NCBI RefSeq assembly: GCF_030028105.1
Contig: NC_092378.1
Location: 16,634,762-16,698,761, forward strand
Length of the DNA stretch: 64,000 bases
DNA from: Mobula birostris
Lineage: Eukaryota
Direction of reading: 5' to 3'
Below, piece by piece: positions 1-10,305 of this stretch (its first letter is position 1; each line of letters starts with the position of its first letter). The notes beneath the pieces were generated by a model. The model was not told the origin of the DNA and ran no database searches. It was given only the letters and a program-made list of their open reading frames with translations. A program made the position numbers and the translations under genes.

Positions 1-1073
1 TGAAAGAATACAGGGTGAAAGTAGGAAGTTGAGAGGAAAATTAGATCAGCCATGATGAAATAGTGGAGCAGACTCGATGGGCCAAATGGCCTAATTCAGT
101 TCCTATATCTAATGGTCTTATGGTATGGAACACCTAATTTTTTGAAGTATGAAATTTCATTCGATCTGAGTTTATATAGAGTTAAAAACAGCTTAAATAT
201 TACTTACTTACTTACTTGGACCCTTGGTCTCGGCTATCTCTGACCTCCTGTCTCCATCATCCTCTGAGAGGTATGTTTGGAGTTCAGCAATGTTTCTGCA
301 ACCTATTGCATTCTCTGTACAGGGAAGTGGATTATACAGCTTCACCAGAGCCCTGTTGGCTGGCCTTAACCCTTTCCACCTCTCCATGGTGCAGGCATAG
401 GGTTGGACTTTGAGAAGTGAATAAATATTAAAAATTGCTTTTATTTTTACATTTTTAAATCCTTTTTTCTTTGTACTGTGAGTCAATGATATTTTTCGTT
501 ATTTTACATGGTTTAAGTGATGATACTTCAATCTGGTTGAACAGTCACAGGGTTGCTTGCTTTTCTTAAATACTCCCCTGGTAGTTTGTGTCACACTGGA
601 TCATCTTCTTGAGCATTCTTGAATTGTAGGATTAGTTGCTTCTACTCCAATGGAGGGCAGGAAGTATTTGATGGAGTGGGAAGTTTAGCAAAGTGGTGTG
701 CTCTTTCTGCCACTTCTCTCTGAATTCAAACTGCTTCCCAAAAGATTCAAGGTGTTATCCTGAATGTCCCTACTCCATTTTGGGCAATAATGAGCCTGGA
801 ATTCCATAAGTCATTGAAGGTACAACATTTTTTTAACAGAAGCTGCTCTAACTCTGCAACTCTACAACTCGTTCCCAGTACTATTTTTCTGCTGCTTTAT
901 TATTTGCATTAAATTTTCTTCTTTTGTGCATTTGTTGTACGCCAGTATTTGTTATTTATAGCTTTTCATGAATGCTATTTTATTCCTTTATGTTCCTGTA
1001 AATGCCTGCAAGAAAATGAATCTCAAGGTAGTATATGGAGACAGGTATATACTTTGATATTAAATTTACTTTG

Positions 1074-1490
1074 TGTAGGAGCCATGCATCTGGTATTTAT
1101 CTGCATCGTATTCTGTGTGCAGTGTTTATTATGGTAGCTACCCATGTGGGTGAGAGCATGGTAAAAGCAAAGAGAATAAGTTGCCTATTCATGCTTTATT
1201 CTGGTTAGTTTTAGAGCTGGGGACCACCAGGTGTGATATATTTTATTGACCGCTTAATTACATTTGAAATAGTTTAACTCTACTTAACTTTGCTTAAGTC
1301 CACTTAAGTACATTGCATTTCGTTGATTTGAGTTTCATAAGTTTCTACACTTCAAGATTGTATGTTTTACTAGTTACTAATAAAGGATCAAATACATTTC
1401 TTTGACTTTTTGAACATTGGTATTGGATTGGATCATGGAGTTTGTCATACAGAATAAATCACCTTATTTCATCTCTAACAGTGGCGCTGA
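1074..1490 (+). mobile_element. LTR (TG...CA) followed by a PBS-like TGGCGC; degenerate LTR retrotransposon 5' end
   Basis: Starts TGTAGGAGCC, has internal AATAAA, ends ...CTAACA at 1480 followed by GTGGCGCTG; homologous to 44574-44884. Confidence 0.6.
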
Positions 1491-2489
1491 TTTGTTTGGG
1501 TAGTCGCCACACTTGGACTTTGGCCATTTGAACTTCCTGATATTTTCTTTCTGTTATGGACTTTGGAATAGATTACCTGTTTCAAGATTTTAAAATTGGG
1601 CATACCAATAGCTAGAAATCCTCTGATGCATTAGTGATGATCTTGCTGAAAACCATTAAATGTGACAGATTTTGGAATCTGTCTAAGGGAAAAGTAGATA
1701 GATATTTATTTTTGCATGAATTACTGAATCATAGAAAATTAAAACACAGAAAGAACCATTTTGCCTGCTGTATCTGTGCCAGCTAAGTAACAGATGTCAG
1801 CCTTATCCTAACTTCCAGCATTAGGTTTGTACCCCTGCAGGTCAAAACTCTTCAGGCACACTTCCAGGTGCTCCTTAAGTGTGATGAGAGCTTCTGCCTC
1901 CACCACCTTTTCAGACACTGATTTCCAAACCACCAACAGCTTACTTCTTTTGTCAATCAGTTTAAGGATGTCATCTGACCTTCACTCCTCAGTTAGAGGT
2001 AACAGGTCCTTCCAATTTTCTGTGATCTTATAAGGAGACCTGGATATCTTGATTAAATCTCCACTTAGCATCTTCTTTTCAAAATGAAACAATACCTACC
2101 TGTCCAATCTCTCAATTCGTAAACATGTCTGATCTTGCTATCATCCTAATAAATCTGTAGTCTGGCAACCAGAACTGTATGCAGTACTAAGGCTGCAGTT
2201 CAGCTGGTGGTGAGGGTAACTTGCATTTCATATTGGTTTACAATATTATTAAATTAGCCCTTTTAACTCGTTTAATGATTCAGTTGGCCATTCTCTTACC
2301 AGTTAGTTATATCAGATGACATTGAATTTCTTTTTATCTCTGGGCTTAACATGTTTGTGCACAATTGAAACGTAGACCTATTGATCTTATATTCCCAAAG
2401 AAAAAAAAATTCTCTGTGTCTTTGAAATAAGCCTGTCCAAAGGACACAAAACAAAATCCGTCCGTTCACCCTCTAACTTGACTGGAGTC

Positions 2490-2780
2490 AGCTGATTAGG
2501 TCACCTTAGCTTTTGACAATAAATGTTCGAGCATTTTTTTGGGGTGAGGTTGGAGGAAGTTGGTCACGGTGAGGTGTCTAATTAGGAAACCTACCATTAA
2601 TGGTCATAAAATAGTTTTTTTTTAGCTCGAAATGCTGATCTTACTAGAACGTTTGAATTTGCACAATCGGCAGATCCGAATTACCTGCTAGAAAGCGGAA
2701 ATTTATCGAATAAACTCCACACGTCATCAGATCATTGAGGGAAATTTCAGTACTACCTTTGATAGATATATAAACATTGC
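2490..2780 (+). promoter_or_regulatory. IL22 proximal promoter
   Basis: TATATAAA 2767-2774; kB-like GGGAAATTTC 2739-2748; CRE/ATF half-site ACGTCA 2721-2726; AT-rich-preceded GGTCA (RORE-like) at 2493-2503, 2557-2566 and 2598-2606. Confidence 0.7.
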
Positions 2781-2940
2781 ACACAGGCAGTCTGTTCAGA
2801 AAAGCAGATAGCGGGCTAGCTCAACACATCTTTTTCACGTGTGGTTATCAGCCTTATCTCAATCTTGATTAAGGTGCAGCGAAGTTAAGATAGTTTTGAC
2901 TTGCAAGTGAGCTAGATCTGTCTGATAGCTTGTTTTCAGA

Positions 2941-3102
2941 ATGTATTCCCTCGCGTCTGTAGCTGTGTTGGTACTTGGTTGCTTTGCAGTCCTGGGGAGC
3001 AGTGCCCCGAGTCTGAAATCCAGGAGATCGAGTGCGGTTTGTCACGTAGAAGAACATTTACTACGACAAATGAGACATAAGTTTCATGTCCTGTCTAAAG
3101 AT
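2941..3102 (+). CDS. IL22: IL22 coding exon 1 (signal peptide + helix A)
   Basis: ATG at 2941, hydrophobic N-terminus, donor GAT|GTAAGT at 3103. Confidence 0.92.
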
Positions 3103-4232
3103 GTAAGTAAAGGAATTTGCCTTTCATTCTGCATACAAATTAATGTTGTTTCAAGCTTTTTAACAACATCTCTAATCCATATCCATCATTTCACAGGCTC
3201 AAAAGCACGACGAGGATACGGAGACGAGACTAGTGGGAAAGGATCTATTTCGAGGACTGGAGGTATGACACTGTATTGGTGCGATGCTCTTTAATCTCAC
3301 CGAACGCACGTGATCAATTCACAGTATCGTTTCTTTTTGGAGAATACCTGTAAGATCTATGGTTTGCTTTGCAGAAATCTGGTAGTTGCTACGTTCTCAA
3401 AGAGGTGATTGACTTCTATCTTGGAACCGTTCTCCAGTCTGACCATTTGCACGCCAAATATTTGCATCTAAGCGACGTTAAAGAGTTTCTCGCCGTTCTC
3501 ATGAAACGGCACATGTCTGACTGCGTAAGTGTTTCCAGTTCTGATTGAACCAATTCGAGATAACATAGACTTGATACCGCTTGCATTTCAAACGAGTAAT
3601 TAAGTACGCAGTGTTATGACTCTGCTGGTGGGCAGACAGCTCAAATTCGGGCTCAGTAGTAGAAGGGAGAGGAACTATACGAAAGTACTGCTGACTGGAA
3701 CAGGCGCTGAAACGAGTTCTTGTGATTGAATTGGTTGTGTTCTTTTCAGGATACTGAAGATAAAACGAAAGCCAACAAAAACATCGAACGACTGAAACAG
3801 AAAGTGGAGAAGGTAATTTACTAAGAATTCATGCACATTGTGCAGATCAGATTCAAGACATAAAACTGTTGTGCTCCTAGTGAGGTACTCGGGAATCATC
3901 TGTACAAATTCGATTATGTTTCAACAATGTGACACAATCAAGAGTGAGAAAAAGAATTGATCTCAGTAGAGTTCAGCATTCGGTATTCATGTGACTTTCT
4001 GTAACCATCTTTTCGGCGCTATGTTTCGTGTAGAAGATTTCCTAGTTTTCCTGCACTGAAATAATTCAACTGATGTTAATTTGTTACTCTGGTTCGTTTA
4101 CTCCAGCTCGGCGAAGCGAGTGAGGCCAAGGTTGTCGGGGAGCTGTTCATCCTCCTGCAGGAGATAACGAGCCGCTGTTCAACACCAGGATGGAAACCCG
4201 GACACCAGGGGAAATCACCGATTGATAACTGA
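2941..4232 (+). CDS. IL22: Interleukin-22 (IL-10 family cytokine), 5 coding exons, 188 aa
   Basis: Manual splice: 2941-3102, 3197-3262, 3375-3524, 3750-3812, 4107-4232. All introns are GT-AG and phase 0, as in the IL-10 family. Protein: MYSLASVAVLVLGCFAVLGSSAPSLKSRRSSAVCHVEEHLLRQMRHKFHVLSKD/AQKHDEDTETRLVGKDLFRGLE/KSGSCYVLKEVIDFYLGTVLQSDHLHAKYLHLSDVKEFLAVLMKRHMSDC/DTEDKTKANKNIERLKQKVEK/LGEASEAKVVGELFILLQEITSRCSTPGWKPGHQGKSPIDN*. It has a signal peptide. Exon 2 resembles human IL-22 DNNTDVRLIGEKLFHGV, and exon 5 resembles LGESGEIKAIGELDLL..RNAC. Four mature-chain Cys (34, 81, 126, 171) match the positions of the IL-22 disulfides. Confidence 0.93.
3197..3262 (+). CDS. IL22: IL22 coding exon 2 (66 nt)
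   Basis: Acceptor tttcacag|, donor GAG|GTATGA; encodes AQKHDEDTETRLVGKDLFRGLE. Confidence 0.92.
3375..3524 (+). CDS. IL22: IL22 coding exon 3 (150 nt)
   Basis: Acceptor tttgcag|, donor TGC|GTAAGT; contains the CYVLKEVIDFYL motif and ends in Cys. Confidence 0.92.
3750..3812 (+). CDS. IL22: IL22 coding exon 4 (63 nt)
   Basis: Acceptor ttcttttcag|, donor AAG|GTAATT; NIERLKQKVEK resembles human NVQKLKDTVKK. Confidence 0.9.
4107..4232 (+). CDS. IL22: IL22 coding exon 5 (helix F, IL-10 family signature, stop)
   Basis: Acceptor ttactccag|; encodes LGEASEAKVVGELFILL; TGA at 4230-4232. Confidence 0.92.
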   Translation, partial: LGEASEAKVVGELFILLQEITSRCSTPGWKPGHQGKSPIDN

Positions 4233-4495
4233 GGAAAGCAAACCAAGACGCAAGGAAACAGTACTAGTTTCCCCAAAAAATATGTTTTATTAACTTAACA
4301 AGGAAGTATTTATTTCTGATGTATTTATTGTGTATAATGTTATACACATCATTGTAATTACTTACAGTAATTTTTGTGTAGCAATCAGCATTGCCTTGCT
4401 AATGGTCACTTGTAATGCATTTTTATTCATGTATGGCAGAAAGTCGAAGATAGTGGCTTTATAAAACTGAATAAACCTTTGAAATCATTTTCATG
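4233..4495 (+). promoter_or_regulatory. IL22 3'UTR with AU-rich elements and polyA signal
   Basis: TATTTAT at 4307-4313 and 4322-4328; AATAAA at 4470-4475 (alternative AATAAATAAA at ~4790). Confidence 0.7.
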
Positions 4496-6583
4496 TGATG
4501 ATATTTATGTTACACGTGAAGGAACTGTTTTATGCAGAAATTGTTACCTTAATAGCAAAATATCTTGAAATGTTCTACATTTCGTTGCAAGGGCAGCATC
4601 TAGTTTCTTCCGGAAACAAATAACCATTACAAACAAGTCTATGCCGGGTTGTCATTGGAAAACACAAATGCAATGCGCAACTTTATCAGTTAAACGTTGA
4701 AGACAAGTTGAAGAAAGGTTCGAAGAAAGGTTCTTTGAATTTCATAGGCCTTGTAATAGCAAAAATTCCACCAAAACACCAAGCTCGCTAATAAATAAAC
4801 AATTGAAATGCTTTCCTGTTAAACCGACCCGATCTAAAATCTGGTATAAAGAATTATCACTTGAAAGAAGGTAGTGTTAAAAGAATCTGCAGGGATTTCT
4901 CCACAAGGAAATAATTTGTAAATATTGCGTATTCTGATAGACCAATTAACCATGTACTGTAATAAGTGTTGGCTGTTGCTGTTATAGTTTATCATGAAAA
5001 CTTGACGTCTGTCACACAACGATTATTATAGTTGTCGAATGAGTGTTCGTTTAGATTTAGGACGCCTAGTTTCAGTTTTTACAGAAGCGCCTATCGCCGT
5101 TCAATTTGGCGTGAGTAAATGAAGAGTTCTTATCTCCCAGCACATAAACAACAGAAGCACAATCTGACGCGACGTCATAGACTCCCAAAGAATTAAATTG
5201 GGTCTCTCTTGGGATTACATAAGGAAGAAATCATCAGAAATGATGTTACGTTGTAATAATATTATGGATTGCATCTTAAAGACGTCATCCTCATTGCGAA
5301 ATACGGGACAAACTTTTTCTTCGTTTTAGTGGAAGAAACGGATCGTTCAAAACTAACGCGCAATATCAACATGCCCATGAATGTATTAATATTTCTGGCT
5401 ATTCACACCTGAGCAAATATGTTTGATACTTCTTCAAGAATAACAGTGATATAATTTCAAGGTCCCTTTGTCGCCGTTCGGAGGAGAGTTCTGGGATTAG
5501 GACCCAGTAGTGATAAAGGAGGTAACATCTCACCAAGTGGAGAATTTTCAGCTTTGCGTTCCCTGAACTTGTTGCCAATATCCTTCCACGTAGGTTTTAG
5601 GGTAATATGGAAGAGGTATCATGAGTTACTAGGCTGATCAGGAAGATCACAGCACTGACTCATGTATTGTAGACACCTGAGTCAGTAGATGAGCTACCTG
5701 CCTCGGAATGGCCAGGAAATGACCTGTATATGCACACCATTCAGTGAATATCGTACATGACCACTTTTGATGTTATAATGAAGGTAAGGTTATAAATATG
5801 CAACTGAATCATGTCAGATATGAGAAGTACATTAATTTATCATTTTATCTTAATCATCCTTCAACGCAGGGAGATTTTCCCTTGATTTCTAATGACTTAC
5901 TTTTATAGAGCTCCTTCCAGACACTGTCAAATAATACTTTAATGTCAACTGAAAAGCAAGAAAAAGAAATAACTGTAGATGGTGATAAGCTGACAAATAA
6001 TCAGAAAATGGTGGGAACACTCAGCAGATCCGCAGCAAGCATGGAGAGACAAAGGGAGTTATCGTGAAATCAATGCTCTAACATCATTGCACTGTCATAT
6101 TCAGCATGTCCGTTTCCTGACCTTATTTTTGTAACTGCTTGAAACAGGAGAGTGGTTTCCTGGATTACTTTAAGTGGTCTAGATGACAACAGGAAAAGCA
6201 CAGGAGAGCTGCTTCCATAACGATCATCAGTTATTTCTAATAAATTATTTTTATTATTCCAGATTCATTTTAATTAACTGTGTTCAAGTGCCTCAGCTCA
6301 TGCTACACATCCAATATCTATATTACATTCCATTGCACTACATCGTACTTTCCATTTGAATATCTGTATGACATTCTATCACACTGTATTAAAAAAAAAT
6401 CTCCCTTTGTGAAGATAACCCTTGATCTTAGGTTTCCCCCATTAGTTATGCCATTTTTTCATTTATCTTTGATTTCCCACATACAATCATACAAATCAAG
6501 TGCGGAAGTGTACCTACCCCACTACTTAATAAGATTATGGCTGGGTGTAATCTCAAGTCTGCATTCTTTTTCACCCATGATTA

Positions 6584-7744
6584 CATTGGATGACAAAGAT
6601 TTTGTTTCCAGAATACTTTTGGGTGTCTCTTATGGATTTTGGGCTGCTGATCATGAAAATCACTATGAAATTTCCCTATCATGCACCATTTTTTAAAATC
6701 ACCCATACACGTTATTTCAGTTCATAATTCAAGTCAATTCAAATGCTTCCCACAAGGTAAGCTGAAGAGATTTCTATCTTGTCCCGGCATGTTTGGGCAT
6801 ACTTAGGCAGGGCAGATTCTGAATGGCAGAACAGGTTTTAGAAAGCTATAAATTTTCATGAAGGTTTTTGATATTTGAGACAGATGTTTCCCAGGATAAC
6901 TGATGTCAGGATTAAGGAAGGCATTTTTGTTGGGTCGCAAATCAAGCAGGTCATCAGTGACAAGCCACTCAAAAAAATTCTAGTGGGACCAGAGAAAATC
7001 ACATGGAAGGGATTCTAGAATGTTATTGAAAATTTTCTTGGCAACTACAGAGCACCAAAGTGCGTGCTGCTAACATGTACAAGTCAGCAACCGGACATTC
7101 TGAGGCAAGTAGATCATCTAATGACTCCTCAGTTATCTGCAAAGCATGGGTCAGTAGGGTTATCTTCCTGATCAGCCAAGTAACTCATGATGGCTTCTTC
7201 CATATCACGGCTAAACCCTATGTGGAATGACATTGGCAGCAGGTACAGCTGATCTACCTGTACATGCAGCTGGTAGACATCATGCTTCAAGAGCATACAA
7301 AACCACAAAATGCAACATGCCACTAAAGGTTCATTTTCTGCATTCCCATCTACACTTCTTCCCTGCAAATCCTGGCACTGTCAGTGATGAGTATGGTGAA
7401 AGTTTTCACCAGGACATTACGGTCATGGAGAAACAGTATCAGGGCAACTGGAATCCATCAATGCTGCCGGATTATTGATGGACACTTAAGTAAGAATACT
7501 CAGACACTGAGTACAAACAAACCCATCAACAAAACATTTTAACTGAGTTGATTGATCGCAAAGCATCAGCACTATTATGCAATTAAATGCATTATATTCA
7601 ATAAAAGTTAATTTCTTGTTTCTCCAAATTTGTACGTGATATAGGCTGTCTGAAATTATATTTGTGTTCAACTTCAGGGGGTCTATCATAAACAAACAAA
7701 ATTGCTGAGGAAGCAACACATTCGAAAAAGTTTGCTGTCCCATG
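6584..7744 (+). mobile_element. Internally deleted Chapaev3-type DNA transposon
   Basis: Degenerate TIRs CATTGGATGACAAA...TTTGCTGTCCCATG, TTA on both flanks; transposase C-terminal remnant MPLKVHFLHSHLHFFPANPGTVSDEYGESFHQDITVMEKQYQGNWNPSMLPDY. Confidence 0.75.
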
Positions 7745-10305
7745 TTATTTTTCACCCCATTATTTATCAAGTATTCATCATCACTGATTTAAAAATATTT
7801 AAAGATTTAATGCCACTGTTCTTTGACAAAGAGCATTCCAAAATTTTTTTACACATTGAGAGAAAGAATATGATCTTCATCTGCCTTTAAAGGGTGACTG
7901 CTTCTAGATTTACCCTTGAGACAAAACGTCCTCTCTTCATCTACTCTGTTAAAACCTCTCAGGATCTCAGAAGTTTCTATCAGATCACCAAGCTAAGCCT
8001 GTCCATTATTTCTCTGGAGATAATCTAACCGTTCCAGGTACTAGTTTAGTTAAACCTTCACTGAACAACTTTTTGATATTTTTTCTGTCAACTTGGATTA
8101 CTTCATATTTTCCCCATTAACCTCATTTCCAAATCTTTGCCCACTCACTTAACCCATCTACGTCACTTTGGCTTCTTCAAAACTTACGCTCTTACCTATC
8201 TGTGTCTCATCAGCAATTTCATATTTTTTCGAGTACCAATATGAATTTATATTACTTACGGCATTCATAAAGTAAAGCATTCCAAAGGTATTATCAATTG
8301 AAATTTGACATCAACTCATATAATTCGGTGATGGATCTAAAATTCATGATTAGGTGGGTTTTGATACATGTTGCATTGGAAGGAGTAAAGATAGAAAGGC
8401 AAGCATGTTTAAGGAAACAACATGTTAAGGAGTTTAGTACCTTGGCATTTTAATGATGGAGAAATTTAAAAATCCATAGTTATGAGGTCAGTATTTCCAG
8501 AGTGCAGATGTTTAAGGGTTGGATTACACATGGATAAGAGCTGAAGCCATGTAGGGATTTGAAACTACAATGTGAATTTTAAATAAAAACATTGTTTCAT
8601 CCTTCAAATTAATGTGTTAATTAATTTGTAAACTGTAAGTTAACCCACCTACAATTCACAAACTGCTTATACTGACAAATTTAAAGCAGATGCGCTCACT
8701 TATTGAACTAATAGCTGATTTGAATAGAGCAAGTCATAAAGCAACTTGCTTAGTAATATCAGGAGTAGACTGGGGAACAAATCATGTCCAACTTAAAATA
8801 ATTTGCAGTGTTAGAACACTGCTTCTTGTAAAATTCAAAATTTGTTTTCTGCTATTAAGAAAACTGTTTGAATAGGTTGCTCAATTGACAATCAAGCCTT
8901 GCAAACTGTCAGCACATGTGGTTGATAGCACGTGGGAGAAACAGTCAGCTACAAGACTTTGCCTCACAGCAATGAAAGATACTGATCATTAACATTTTAA
9001 AGTGGTTTTCCACTGAATTCAGGTAAATTACTTTTATCTATTGGTATAATAATAAAAATGAATTCATATCACAAACCAAATGTAAAGGAGGTGGTTAAGG
9101 CAGGCACATTAATAGTATTTACATGGACAGAAAGGTTTATAGAGATATGGGCTAAATCTGGGTAAATGAGTAATGTAGATAGACATTTTGGTTGGCATGA
9201 GTGAGTTGGGCTGAAGGACATGTTTCCTGTACTCTATGATTCTATGAAAAAGCAGATTTCTGAGGAATAAAGACTTTTGGAGGTTGAGATTATGTATTAT
9301 TTGATGCATTATTAAAGAGTTTTAATATATTGAATGAAAAAGTGCTTTGCAGAAGCTGGCCATTTTTTGCAGATTTATGAAACAGATATATAGAAAATGA
9401 TCCCTTATATGAGGAGTCTATAGCTTACAGCAAACTTAAAAAGACAAAACATATTTTAGGAGCCCATTGAAATAATCATATGCTTCAATTTAATAAGTAG
9501 GCTTATATTTTCCATAACTAGTCTATACTTGCAAGGACCTGCTTGTTTTGAAAGTAAAACCAATGCATCAGTTTCTATAAAGGGTTACCATTCTAGAAGG
9601 CTGTGCATTAAAAGCTCAGATTGTAAATTTTCATCAGCTATACAGCCACAGCTTTAGATTTAATACATGCATGATAATACATTGGATAGGAGCAGACCAC
9701 CACAATTCTCATTCAGTTCCTTTGGTTATTTATTGCTAAGTAAAGGAGAGCTTTATCTCTCAAATTATTTGTTCCATAACAGCATTTTAATATCAATATG
9801 AAATACTATTATTTGTGTTCCTAAACCCCTAGAAATTTTATTTCATTTAGTTCATCTTTTGCAATCAAAAACCCAATGGTAAAATATAATGACAATTGTG
9901 TTGTAATCAGATTAGTTCTGGTGACAGAAAGCAGAGAGTTGCAGAATGAAGTGACTTCAATGTGTTTTTTTTAAAGAAAGCCATATCCTGGTTTTTTTTT
10001 GAAAATATGGAAGTATTGACAAACACAGTTTCCTGACACCCGACTTTGACTATGTCTTGGTTTACAACTGGTGAATGTATCAGAAACTTCTGCTATGTGA
10101 TTTCCAGAGTGATAATGGGAGATTTTTTAAGGAAGTAAATAATGCAGTACTGTGGATCCTGGTTAATTGGGACACATCAGAACCGGAAAATATCTGTACA
10201 TCAGGTGAAAATTTACAAAATACTATATCATGTTTCTGATTGTGTATAAAATAGCACACTCTCCACTATCAGGGAAAGAGCATAAACCTATCACAGTGCA
10301 AGTGT

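Noticed and set aside
2941-3294. 117-aa single-exon ORF from the ORF track
   Set aside because: It is IL22 exon 1 read through intron 1 into an out-of-frame exon 2; the spliced model explains it.
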